Assembly (NCBI GenBank): GCA_945879785.1
Contig: CAMCVC010000003.1
Location: forward strand, 1 to 42,734
Direction: 5' to 3'
DNA: 42,734 nt
Source of the DNA: Staphylococcus epidermidis
Lineage (GTDB): Bacteria > Bacillota_I > Bacilli_A > RFN20 > CAG-826
Part shown: positions 1-8,935 of the stretch, one piece after another
Layout of the letters: each line of letters opens with the position of its first letter
Position numbering within the stretch: position 1 is the first letter of the stretch
Program-made: the position numbers and the translations under genes
The notes under the pieces: model-generated
Seen by the model: the letters and a program-made list of their open reading frames with translations, nothing else
What the model was told of the DNA's origin: nothing
Databases searched by the model: none

Positions 1-2229
1 CATCAGCAAGTCAAGACGTTATCTCGTGGCCAACAACAACGCTTAGCAATCTTATTGGCGTGTTTTGGCGACTCAAGGTTGTTGTTATTGGATGAACCCA
101 CGACTGGCCTTGATTACAATCAACGGCAACGCATCTACAAATTATTGAATGATTTAAGTCAGGATCGATGTGTGGTGATGGCGACTCACGCGAACCCCAA
201 AGAAGGGTTGGTATACACCCATCACCTAGATTTACCAGTCCATCATCCAACGAGATTGATGCAATTTTCTACGTTAAAAAATCAATTACCGTTGACCACC
301 AGTCGCAGCTTGTTTCCATTTATTTGGTTGTGGAGATTATTAAGAAAGCAACGAAAAAAAGAAAACTTCCGTTGGCAATTTAATATTTTTCAAACCATGA
401 CTTTTACGATATTAGGGGTGTTGATGTCTTTGATGTTTGTCCTTTCAAAAGAATTATTGATGATCACGGAAACCATGATTGGTGGTCGTTATCAATATGT
501 CAAAACATTAACCAGTCAGAACATCGAACTTCAATCGACATATTCAGAGGATGCAATTTTTTCCGCTTTCGATTTTCAATTCAACCTCAGAACTCATTAT
601 GATGAGGACTATTTTGAGTTTTTAAAACCCTACCATCAATTCTCACTCTATAAGGACGGTTTTTTTCGTCCTCTCAAGGATGTTCATCTTGGGTTGATCA
701 ATCATTTTGAATCGGTAAACGACTCACCCCATCTAAGGCTGAAGGAGTCATTAAAAGAAGATGAAGTGGTGCTTGGGGTTCAACCTTTTCACTTGAAACT
801 GATGGCAACGATGTTGGACTGCTTTCCTGTTCTTGATGAGGTAAATGAAAAGCTATTGCTTGAACCTTTAGCCATTCATTACGGTGTGGATGTTCCCCAA
901 TGGTCGTATCAAGATGAAAAGATTTTTTTCCTTACACACGTCACCATGACCGCGCAACCAACATGGTTTCATTCCATCCAAGATTATGCTTATGTGATGT
1001 ACGAAACTAACTTAAGGTTACCAAGTAAAGGTATCGAAGAAATCTATGACACCCAGCCATGGCGAGTTGGCAAAACCATGATGGTGATGACGGATGAACA
1101 TTCACAACTCTTAAAGACGTGGGAGGAAAATCAACAATTTCAACAATATCATCTACAGCGACATGCTACGTTGGGCTGGAAAGTATATCGCTCCAAAGTT
1201 CCTCGAGAACAAAAACCATCTTGGATCAAAGAAAAAGAAAATTATCATTTTCATTCATCTTGGGGTTATCACTATTATCCCGATCATCGTTTAAGTGGTT
1301 TTGCTCAACCCATATTCTTTCATCCTCGACAAACGATTGATCCGACGTATCTTGATACGATGAAACAATGTAAAGACCCTTATGATTGGTTGGCGTTAAG
1401 CAAACCCGACCAAGTTAGTCATGGATTTATTTTGGCAAATCCAAGCGATGCGATTAAATTAAAACCTGATTCAACGTTAACATTCTTAAAGGATGATGAA
1501 ATATATCTCAGTCGAAGTCTTGCGGAAGCATGGGATGTAGGGATTGGGGATAAAATCCATCTAGCATTACCTCTGTATGATGACCACTTGCCAATTGGCA
1601 TGATTGGTGATTATGATCATCAAACATGGGTAATCCAAGGGATTAACGATTCTCTACAACGATGGATATATCAACGCCCAGGTTGGTGGGAACAGTGGTT
1701 AATGGTCAACGCGTATGTTCCAAGTCAAGAGTTATTGCCGGAAGCGTGGGTGATTGAGGATGATCAACGGGTATTACCAGCATTAGAAGTGAGTAAACCC
1801 TTTGCCGAGGTCGTTGACTCAGTCCGAGAGATTCTCCAAGGGGTGATCGTTGGCATGGTCACTGTGGGGATATTCATCGGATTACCAAGCATGATTTTAT
1901 TTTATTATTTTCTTAGACAATCGCTAGTCGATGATAGAAAAACGATGTTTTTACTGATTGGATATGGTGCCCCTTTATCGATGATTCAACAATGGTATGG
2001 TGGTAAACTTGGCTCGTTGATCTTAGAATTGGTCATCCCAACGTTGTTGGTTATTCTAGGTTTTGACTACATCATCAAAACAATGATATCATCAAGCTTT
2101 TTTATTGATATCCCATATCGTTTCCCCGTAGAATCCTTAGCGATTCTTATCGGTCTATTTGGGGTTTTCTACACCACCATGATTGCCCTCCAACATACCA
2201 TCATGGATCGGTTGTTAAAAAAAAATTAA
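1..2229 (+). CDS. ABC transporter ATPase fused to permease (MacB/FtsX-like), 5'-truncated by window edge
   Basis: Frame 1 is open from base 1 (HQQVKTLSRGQQQRLAILLA...). It contains a signature-like LSRGQ, Walker B LLLLDEPTTGLD and H-loop ATH, then one TM segment, a large soluble region and three C-terminal TM segments. Confidence 0.75.
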   Translation, partial: HQQVKTLSRGQQQRLAILLACFGDSRLLLLDEPTTGLDYNQRQRIYKLLNDLSQDRCVVMATHANPKEGLVYTHHLDLPVHHPTRLMQFSTLKNQLPLTTSRSLFPFIWLWRLLRKQRKKENFRWQFNIFQTMTFTILGVLMSLMFVLSKELLMITETMIGGRYQYVKTLTSQNIELQSTYSEDAIFSAFDFQFNLRTHYDEDYFEFLKPYHQFSLYKDGFFRPLKDVHLGLINHFESVNDSPHLRLKESLKEDEVVLGVQPFHLKLMATMLDCFPVLDEVNEKLLLEPLAIHYGVDVPQWSYQDEKIFFLTHVTMTAQPTWFHSIQDYAYVMYETNLRLPSKGIEEIYDTQPWRVGKTMMVMTDEHSQLLKTWEENQQFQQYHLQRHATLGWKVYRSKVPREQKPSWIKEKENYHFHSSWGYHYYPDHRLSGFAQPIFFHPRQTIDPTYLDTMKQCKDPYDWLALSKPDQVSHGFILANPSDAIKLKPDSTLTFLKDDEIYLSRSLAEAWDVGIGDKIHLALPLYDDHLPIGMIGDYDHQTWVIQGINDSLQRWIYQRPGWWEQWLMVNAYVPSQELLPEAWVIEDDQRVLPALEVSKPFAEVVDSVREILQGVIVGMVTVGIFIGLPSMILFYYFLRQSLVDDRKTMFLLIGYGAPLSMIQQWYGGKLGSLILELVIPTLLVILGFDYIIKTMISSSFFIDIPYRFPVESLAILIGLFGVFYTTMIALQHTIMDRLLKKN

Positions 2230-2257
2230 AACAAACACTATCTTTTTATAAAAGTTA

Positions 2258-2266
2258 TGATATGAT
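2258..2266 (+). promoter_or_regulatory. Extended -10 promoter element for csp gene
   Basis: TGATATGAT (TGn-TATGAT) about 60 nt upstream of the csp start codon. Confidence 0.45.
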
Positions 2267-2326
2267 TCTTCCGTAGCAGCAAAATGTTAGCTCCTACTAA
2301 TACTAAGTGAAAGGTTTAGGTTTTCG

Positions 2327-2530
2327 ATGAAAGGCTCAGTCAAGATGTTCAACAAAGAAAAAGGCTACGGCTTCATTCGCACTGAAGACGGAAAAGATGT
2401 CTTTTTCCATCATTCTTCGATACTCATGGACGGTTACAAAACCGCCGAAACTGGGGAACCAGTTGATTTCGAAGTTGAAGATTCCGATCGTGGTCCACGC
2501 GCCAAAAATATTAAAAAATTACCTCGGTAA
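2327..2530 (+). CDS. cspA: Cold-shock protein (CSD)
   Basis: 67 aa with RNP1 KGYGFI and RNP2 VFFH, and the GPRAKN C-terminal motif. The paralog letter is uncertain. Confidence 0.93.
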   Translation: MKGSVKMFNKEKGYGFIRTEDGKDVFFHHSSILMDGYKTAETGEPVDFEVEDSDRGPRAKNIKKLPR

Positions 2531-2554
2531 TTTTTGATAAATTAGTGCTAAGAC

Positions 2555-2581
2555 AAAAGTCGCCCTCGGGCGACTTTTTTT
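2555..2581 (+). terminator. Rho-independent terminator
   Basis: AAAAGTCGCCC-TC-GGGCGACTTTT hairpin followed by a T-tract, just after the csp stop. Confidence 0.9.
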
Positions 2582-2624
2582 ATTTCTTTCATATCAAATT
2601 TAACATATAATAGATGAGGTAAAT

Positions 2625-3728
2625 ATGGGATTAAAAGCAGGTATCGTTGGTTTACCCAACGTCGGCAAATCAACATTGTTTAATGCAATTACGAATGCTT
2701 CCGTTGAAGCAGCGAATTATCCTTTTGCCACGATTAACCCAAACACCGGTGTGGTTGCCGTTCAAGATGTTCGTTTAGATTTCTTATCCTCTTTATTTAA
2801 ACCAAAAAAAACAGTTGCAACCACGGTTGAATTTGTCGATATTGCCGGACTTGTTAAAGGTGCTGCCAAAGGCGAAGGTTTAGGCAATCAATTTTTAGCA
2901 GCGATTCGTGAAGCTGATGCCATCGTTCAAGTGGTTCGTTGTTTTGATTCTTCAGAAATTATTCACGTGGAAAATTCTGTGAATCCAGAACGTGACATGG
3001 ATATCATTAACTTAGAACTTATCTTATCTGATCTAGATACCATTCAACGTCGCTTAGACAAGGTCAATGCAAAAGCTCGAGGTAATGACAAACAAGCGAT
3101 TGTGGAATTAGCGATGCTACAAGTCCTAAAACCACAATTGCTCGATGGGATTCCTGCGCGGTTGGCAAACTTAACATCAGATCAACGTCTCTTAATTGAT
3201 CAAGAGTATCATCTGTTAACCAACAAACCAATCTTGTATGTGGCCAATATTGCCGAGGATGGGTATGGTTCGCTCGGCCAAAATGCTTATTATCAACAAG
3301 TGTTAGCACGCGCAAAAAAAGAAGGCGCTGAAGTGGTGGCCATCTCTTGCGAAATTGAGTCACAAATATCTAAACTTCCTGATCAAGAAAAACAAGAGTT
3401 TTTAAATTCATTGGGGATTGTAGAACCAGGCTTAAATCCATTGGTGAGAGCAACGTATCAATTACTTAAACTCGCCACTTATTTTACGGTTGGTCAAGAT
3501 GAATGTCGGGCATGGACATTTCATCAAGGCATGACTGCCCCACAAGCAGCAGGGGTCATTCATACCGATTTTCAAAAAGGATTTATCAAAGCAGAAATCT
3601 ATCACTATGATGACATGGTTAAATTCAAATCCGAACTCGCAGTCAAAGAAGCAGGTAAATTAAGAATGGAAGGAAAAGAATATGTGGTGAAAGATGGCGA
3701 TGTTATCTTTTTCCGCTTTAATGTTTAA
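2625..3728 (+). CDS. ychF: Redox-regulated ATPase YchF (Obg family)
   Basis: GIVGLPNVGKST, ANYPFATI, DIAGLVKGA, IHTDF and C-terminal GKEYVVKDGDVIFFRFNV. SD GAGGT. Confidence 0.97.
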   Translation: MGLKAGIVGLPNVGKSTLFNAITNASVEAANYPFATINPNTGVVAVQDVRLDFLSSLFKPKKTVATTVEFVDIAGLVKGAAKGEGLGNQFLAAIREADAIVQVVRCFDSSEIIHVENSVNPERDMDIINLELILSDLDTIQRRLDKVNAKARGNDKQAIVELAMLQVLKPQLLDGIPARLANLTSDQRLLIDQEYHLLTNKPILYVANIAEDGYGSLGQNAYYQQVLARAKKEGAEVVAISCEIESQISKLPDQEKQEFLNSLGIVEPGLNPLVRATYQLLKLATYFTVGQDECRAWTFHQGMTAPQAAGVIHTDFQKGFIKAEIYHYDDMVKFKSELAVKEAGKLRMEGKEYVVKDGDVIFFRFNV

Positions 3729-3731
3729 TCT

Positions 3732-5180
3732 ATGCTAGATCCAAAAAAAGTCCGTGTTCGTTATGCACCCTCTCCAACTGGTTTTTTACATATTGGCGGG
3801 GCAAGAAGTGCTTTGTTCAATTATTTGTTTGCCAAAAAACATCAAGGTCAATTCATCATTCGTATCGAAGATACCGACATCGAACGAAATGTTGCCGGAG
3901 GAGAAGTTAGTCAAATTCGTGATTTAAAGTGGTTAGGCATCATCCCTGATGAATCGCCTTTAGAACCTAATCCTAAGTATGCCCCTTATCGGCAAATGGA
4001 AAGATTAACAACCTATCAACAATATGCCGATCAATTAATCAAGCAAGGACATGCGTATCATTGTTATTGCAGCGAAGAAGAATTAGAGCGCTCAAGAGAA
4101 GAACAACTTGCCAACGGCATTGCCGCACCTCAGTACAATCGTCGTTGCCTTCACTTAAGTCAAAGTGAAAAAAAAGCCTTCATCGATCAAGGCAGAAAAC
4201 CTGTCGTGCGTATCAAACTCAATGATCATTTAAAAATTGATTTTGTCGATCTTGTTCGTGGGCCTGTGAGTTTCAATAATGATGATATTGGGGATTGGGT
4301 TTTAATCAAATCCAATGGAATCCCTACCTATAACTTTGCTGTGGTTATTGATGATTATTTAATGGACATCACCCATGTATTCCGTGGGGAAGAACATTTG
4401 TCGAACACACCAAAACAAATTCAAATCTATCAGTATTTAAATTTTCCTATTCCACATTTTGGCCATATGACCATCATCGTCAACGACCAAGGTAAGAAGC
4501 TCTCAAAGCGTGATGCATCGATTGTTCAATTCATGTCTCAATATCGCGACATGGGCTATTTACCTGAAGCCATCTTTAACTTTATTCTCCTCCTTGGTTG
4601 GTCCCCTGAAGGCACCCAAGAAATTTTTACAAAACAACAGGCAATTGATGCCTTTGATGCGAAAAGACTATCCTCGTCCCCATCGATGTTTGATCCCCAA
4701 AAAATGAATTGGCTCAATAATTTTTATATTAAGCAATTAACAGAAGAACATTATTGGACCATGATTTCCCCTTTTGTTAAAAGGTCTCCTGGTGTTGAAC
4801 ATTTTTCAGAAACTCAATTAAAAGTGCTGAGCAACCTATTTAAAGAACAGATTTTATATGGTACACAAATCATTGATTTAATCAAACCAATCTTAAGTCC
4901 AACCTATGCTTTTGATGACGAAGCAAAGACCATTCTTTCTTCTAGTGAAGGCAAACAAGCACTAACTTTATTTATTGAAAAGTTTAAATTATTAACCACC
5001 CTTGATGGACCTTCCATCAAAGCAATCTTTAAATCCATTCAAGCTGAAACTGGCTTAAAAGGTAAGCCATTATTCATGCCGGTCAGACTTAAATTAACGG
5101 GTCAACTTCATGGTGCAGAATTAGCCAACATCATTCCGATGCTTGGTAAAGACATCACCCTTCAAAGGTTAATGGGATGA
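3732..5180 (+). CDS. gltX: Glutamate--tRNA ligase
   Basis: RYAPSPTGFLHIGG (HIGH), RIEDTD, CYC zinc site, KLSKR (KMSKS). Confidence 0.97.
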   Translation: MLDPKKVRVRYAPSPTGFLHIGGARSALFNYLFAKKHQGQFIIRIEDTDIERNVAGGEVSQIRDLKWLGIIPDESPLEPNPKYAPYRQMERLTTYQQYADQLIKQGHAYHCYCSEEELERSREEQLANGIAAPQYNRRCLHLSQSEKKAFIDQGRKPVVRIKLNDHLKIDFVDLVRGPVSFNNDDIGDWVLIKSNGIPTYNFAVVIDDYLMDITHVFRGEEHLSNTPKQIQIYQYLNFPIPHFGHMTIIVNDQGKKLSKRDASIVQFMSQYRDMGYLPEAIFNFILLLGWSPEGTQEIFTKQQAIDAFDAKRLSSSPSMFDPQKMNWLNNFYIKQLTEEHYWTMISPFVKRSPGVEHFSETQLKVLSNLFKEQILYGTQIIDLIKPILSPTYAFDDEAKTILSSSEGKQALTLFIEKFKLLTTLDGPSIKAIFKSIQAETGLKGKPLFMPVRLKLTGQLHGAELANIIPMLGKDITLQRLMG

Positions 5181-6793
5181 ACATCGATTTACTTTTAAAA
5201 CAAAAATTAATAACAGCATTTTCAGGTTTGGGTCTTCAACTTGAGCAAAAAGATGTGGTGATTGAAACCTCAAAAGATCCTAAGTTTGGAGATTATGCGA
5301 CTAACATTTGTTTAAAGTACGCCAAACAACTCAATCTTAAACCCTTAGCCTTGGCGCAATCCATTCTTCCTTTATTAAAGGATCCTGTGATTGATAAGGT
5401 TGATATTGCTGGTCCAGGATTTCTTAATTTTTTTATTAAACCGCTTGCGCTTAGCGAAATTCTTTCGCAGATTCTAACATCCAAAGATCACTTCGGTCAG
5501 ACCAATCTAACTCAAGGGCGAACCATTAATTTGGAATTTGTTTCTGCCAACCCAACCGGCCCGATGCACGTTGCCCATGCACGAGCTGCTGCCTTAGGGG
5601 ATGTGATTGCAACGTTATTGCAACACGTGGGTTACCGTGTCACCAGAGAATTTTACGTCAATGACGCTGGGGCACAAATTCGCAATCTCGCGTTATCAAT
5701 CTTTGCTCGTTATCGAGAATTGATGGGTGACAAGGTCACACTTCCAGAAGACGGATATTTTGGTAAAGACATCATCGAGATTGCCAAAGACGTTCGAAAT
5801 CAATATGGAGACAAGATCGTTTCCTTTGATGAAGTTTTCTTTAAAAAAATTGGGATCGACAAACAACTTCAACGCATCCGTGAAGATTTAGATCGTTTAG
5901 GCGTCACTTTTGATGTCTATCGATCCGAACAAGCGATTCGTGATGAAGGCCAAATTGCTGTGACCTTAGAAAAACTTAAACCTTATTTATATGTTGATCA
6001 AGGGGCAACGTACTTAAAAACCACTACCTTTGGCGACGATAAAGACCGGGTCATCATCAAAAGTGATGGTCAATATACTTATTTCTTACCCGACATTGCG
6101 TATCACTTAGATAAATTAATTCGTCCTCATCATCAATTGATTGATATCCTTGGTCCTGATCATCACGGCTATATTGGGAGAATGAAAGCCGCCTTGACGA
6201 TGTTAGGTTATTCTCAAGAAACATTAGAAGTCTTGGTGATGCAATTGGTGAGTTTAACCCAAGATGGCAAAGAAGTTAAAATGTCTAAACGAACGGGTGT
6301 CGGTATCACGTTAAGAGAGTTGGTCGAAGAAGTTGGCAAAGATGCAGCACGATACTTTATTGCCGCTCGCTCTTACCATAACCCTCTTGAATTTGATTTA
6401 GATCTTGCCAAAACCAAGAGTAGTCTCAATCCACTTTATTATGCTCAGTATGCTCATGCTCGCTTGCAAACGTTATTAAAAACCGGAGCAGATTTAGGAC
6501 TTGATGCTTCTGGAACAGGGTTGGACACGCAAGAAGAAGTTGATTTATTAAAACATTTAAGTCACTTTCCTCAGATGGTTATCCAAGCAGCTCAAGCTCG
6601 TGAACCAAGTATCGTCGCCCAATATGCACAACAACTTGCAAGTTATACCCATAGTTTCTATACTATAAGACGGGTAATCGACCGCGACCAACCAAAATTG
6701 TCAGCTGCAAGACTCGCGCTTGTGAAAGCAAGTGCCCAAGTCTTAAAAAACAGTCTTGCCATTTTTGGAATAAGCGCTTTAGAAACCATGTAA
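5177..6793 (+). CDS. argS: Arginine--tRNA ligase
   Basis: FGDYATN, AGPGFLNF, EFVSANPTGPMHVAH, KMSKR, YAQYAHAR. Confidence 0.97.
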   Translation: MNIDLLLKQKLITAFSGLGLQLEQKDVVIETSKDPKFGDYATNICLKYAKQLNLKPLALAQSILPLLKDPVIDKVDIAGPGFLNFFIKPLALSEILSQILTSKDHFGQTNLTQGRTINLEFVSANPTGPMHVAHARAAALGDVIATLLQHVGYRVTREFYVNDAGAQIRNLALSIFARYRELMGDKVTLPEDGYFGKDIIEIAKDVRNQYGDKIVSFDEVFFKKIGIDKQLQRIREDLDRLGVTFDVYRSEQAIRDEGQIAVTLEKLKPYLYVDQGATYLKTTTFGDDKDRVIIKSDGQYTYFLPDIAYHLDKLIRPHHQLIDILGPDHHGYIGRMKAALTMLGYSQETLEVLVMQLVSLTQDGKEVKMSKRTGVGITLRELVEEVGKDAARYFIAARSYHNPLEFDLDLAKTKSSLNPLYYAQYAHARLQTLLKTGADLGLDASGTGLDTQEEVDLLKHLSHFPQMVIQAAQAREPSIVAQYAQQLASYTHSFYTIRRVIDRDQPKLSAARLALVKASAQVLKNSLAIFGISALETM

Positions 6794-6807
6794 AAAAGGA
6801 GCATCTC

Positions 6808-7176
6808 ATGCCAAAATCCATGTTAGAACTCGCCCACGAATTTATTGTCGGTAAAAAAAAAGCAGTCACCTTTAAAGAAATTTGGCAATATGTCCAAAAG
6901 CAAACCGATGAAAAAGAATCGCTCCAACTTGGTCGGTTTTATAAATTGATTACGTTAGATGGTCGTTTTGTTGCGCTTGGTAGCAACAAGTGGGACTTAA
7001 AAGAAAGATACACATTCAAAGAGTTGTACGATGATGCTCGTGGCGTCTTTAGAGAAGTCGAGGCTCCTGAAGAAGCTGGTGAAGAAACCGATGAAGATCC
7101 ATTTAATGAAGATGGTGAATCTGAAGATGAAGACGAAGACAAACCTAAGAAGCGTAAAACGGATGACGAAGATTAA
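6808..7176 (+). CDS. rpoE: DNA-directed RNA polymerase delta subunit
   Basis: SMLELAHE...DGRFVALGSNKWDLKERY N-terminal domain plus acidic C-terminal tail. Located between argS and fba. SD AAGGAG. Confidence 0.9.
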   Translation: MPKSMLELAHEFIVGKKKAVTFKEIWQYVQKQTDEKESLQLGRFYKLITLDGRFVALGSNKWDLKERYTFKELYDDARGVFREVEAPEEAGEETDEDPFNEDGESEDEDEDKPKKRKTDDED

Positions 7177-7209
7177 CGTCAACGTAAAAAAAGAAAGAAG
7201 GATCAATCG

Positions 7210-8073
7210 ATGCCACTCGTTAGTATGAAAGAAATGTTAATCAAGGCTTACAAAGAAAAGTATGCCGTTGCTCAATTTAATATTAATAACCTTGAATGGA
7301 CGCTTGCTATTTTGGATGAATGCCAAGCCCTTAAAGCCCCGGTGATTTTAGGTGTCTCTAGTGGTGCCGCCAAGTACATGGGTGGATTTAACACCGTCAT
7401 GGGCATCGTTCATGGGTTAATCAAAGATAAGAAATATACAATTCCGATTGCAGTTCACCTTGACCACGGAGAAACAGTTGAAATTTGCAAACAAGCGATT
7501 GATGCGGGATTCACTTCTGTGATGATTGATGCTTCCCACCATCCGTTAGAAGAAAACATTAAGTTAACCAAAGAAGTTGTAAAATACGCCCACAGTAAGT
7601 CACCGCTCGTTTCCGTTGAAGCTGAACTAGGTCGTGTCGGTGGTCAAGAAGATCATGTCGTCGCAGAAACATACTACGCGATCCCAGCAGAATGTGCTCG
7701 TTTGGTTAAAGAAACGGGTATCGACTGTTTAGCACCAGCCTTAGGCTCAGTCCACGGTCCTTATGAAGGTGAACCAAAATTAGGTTTTAAAGAAATGGCG
7801 GAAATTCACAAGCTTACCAACATGCCATTGGTCTTACATGGTGGTTCTGGTATCCCTGATTTCCAATTAAGAATGGCAATCGATCGGGGCACAGCAAAAA
7901 TCAACGTCAATACCGAAAACCAAATGGAATGGACTAAAATCGTCCGTGAAGTCTTGGCAAAAGATCCTAAAGTTTATGATCCACGTAAGATCATTGGCCC
8001 AGGAAAAGAAGGTATTCGTAAAGTTGTCAAAGCTAAATACGAAGTCTTTGGATGCATCGGTAAAGCTAACTAA
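7210..8073 (+). CDS. fba: Class II fructose-1,6-bisphosphate aldolase
   Basis: [46 protein letters not shown]. Confidence 0.97.
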   Translation: MPLVSMKEMLIKAYKEKYAVAQFNINNLEWTLAILDECQALKAPVILGVSSGAAKYMGGFNTVMGIVHGLIKDKKYTIPIAVHLDHGETVEICKQAIDAGFTSVMIDASHHPLEENIKLTKEVVKYAHSKSPLVSVEAELGRVGGQEDHVVAETYYAIPAECARLVKETGIDCLAPALGSVHGPYEGEPKLGFKEMAEIHKLTNMPLVLHGGSGIPDFQLRMAIDRGTAKINVNTENQMEWTKIVREVLAKDPKVYDPRKIIGPGKEGIRKVVKAKYEVFGCIGKAN

Positions 8074-8088
8074 TTCAAAGGTTACATG

Positions 8089-8116
8089 AAAACCCATCCA
8101 TCTTGATGGGTTTTTT
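8089..8116 (+). terminator. Rho-independent terminator after fba
   Basis: AAAACCCATC-CATCTT-GATGGGTTTT hairpin with T-tract. Confidence 0.88.
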
Positions 8117-8152
8117 CTTTTCTAGACCTTCACAATGAGTTAAAATAATCAT

Positions 8153-8935
8153 ATGCGTGAACCATTTTTAGAAGACGCTTATCAGGCATGTTTAATTGCC
8201 AGCAAAGAAATTTTAGCGATTTATCAAACTGATTTTACGTTTGAAAATAAAGAAGATGCATCTCCTGTCACCCTTGCCGACAAAAAAGCCGATATGATGA
8301 TTCGTCAATATTTAAAGGACCGATATCCAACGTTTGGTTTCTTAACCGAAGAATCCAGTGATGATTTTTCTCGACTTCATCAACCATATGTTTGGTTAGT
8401 TGATCCTATTGATGGGACGAAAGACTTCATCGCGAAGAACGATGAATTCACCATTAACATTGCCCTTGTTCATCGTCAACAAGTGGTGCTAGGTCTTGTC
8501 CATATCCCGGCAAAAAATGAAACTTACTATGCAGTCAAAGGTGAAGGGGCCTTTTATCGATTCAAACAACAAGATGTTCGCATTCACGTGAATGACAAAT
8601 TAAATGATTTAACGGTACTTACCTCCCGATTTCATCTACAAAAACAAGAAGAAGATGTGATTAAAAAGTATCAACAGTTAGGAAAAATTATGAAAGTAGA
8701 AACTTTCGGAAGTGCCTTAAAAGCCTGCCGTATCGCTCATGGCCTTGCAGAGATTTCCTATCGGTTATCCCCAGGTACCAAAGAATGGGATACCGCCGCA
8801 AGTGATTTAATTGTTACTGAAGCGGGTGGTTTTTTTATCAAACCTAACAAAGAAAAATATAGGTATAACCGTCAAGATGTTCGCAACATTGAAGGGTATC
8901 TCATTTTAAACCGGCTTGAGAATTTCTTGTTATGA
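8153..8935 (+). CDS. cysQ: 3'(2'),5'-bisphosphate nucleotidase CysQ / inositol monophosphatase family
   Basis: KEDASPVTLAD, TEE, WLVDPIDGTKDF, EFTINIAL, GSALKAC, WDTAA. Confidence 0.85.
   Translation: MREPFLEDAYQACLIASKEILAIYQTDFTFENKEDASPVTLADKKADMMIRQYLKDRYPTFGFLTEESSDDFSRLHQPYVWLVDPIDGTKDFIAKNDEFTINIALVHRQQVVLGLVHIPAKNETYYAVKGEGAFYRFKQQDVRIHVNDKLNDLTVLTSRFHLQKQEEDVIKKYQQLGKIMKVETFGSALKACRIAHGLAEISYRLSPGTKEWDTAASDLIVTEAGGFFIKPNKEKYRYNRQDVRNIEGYLILNRLENFLL

Noticed and set aside
3729-5200. T-box leaders before gltX/argS
   Set aside because: The genes are directly coupled (3-nt gap and ATGA overlap), so no leader is present.
6939-7228. Low-complexity GAA/GAT repeats and overlapping small ORFs
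   Set aside because: They are explained by the acidic tail of the RNA polymerase delta subunit.
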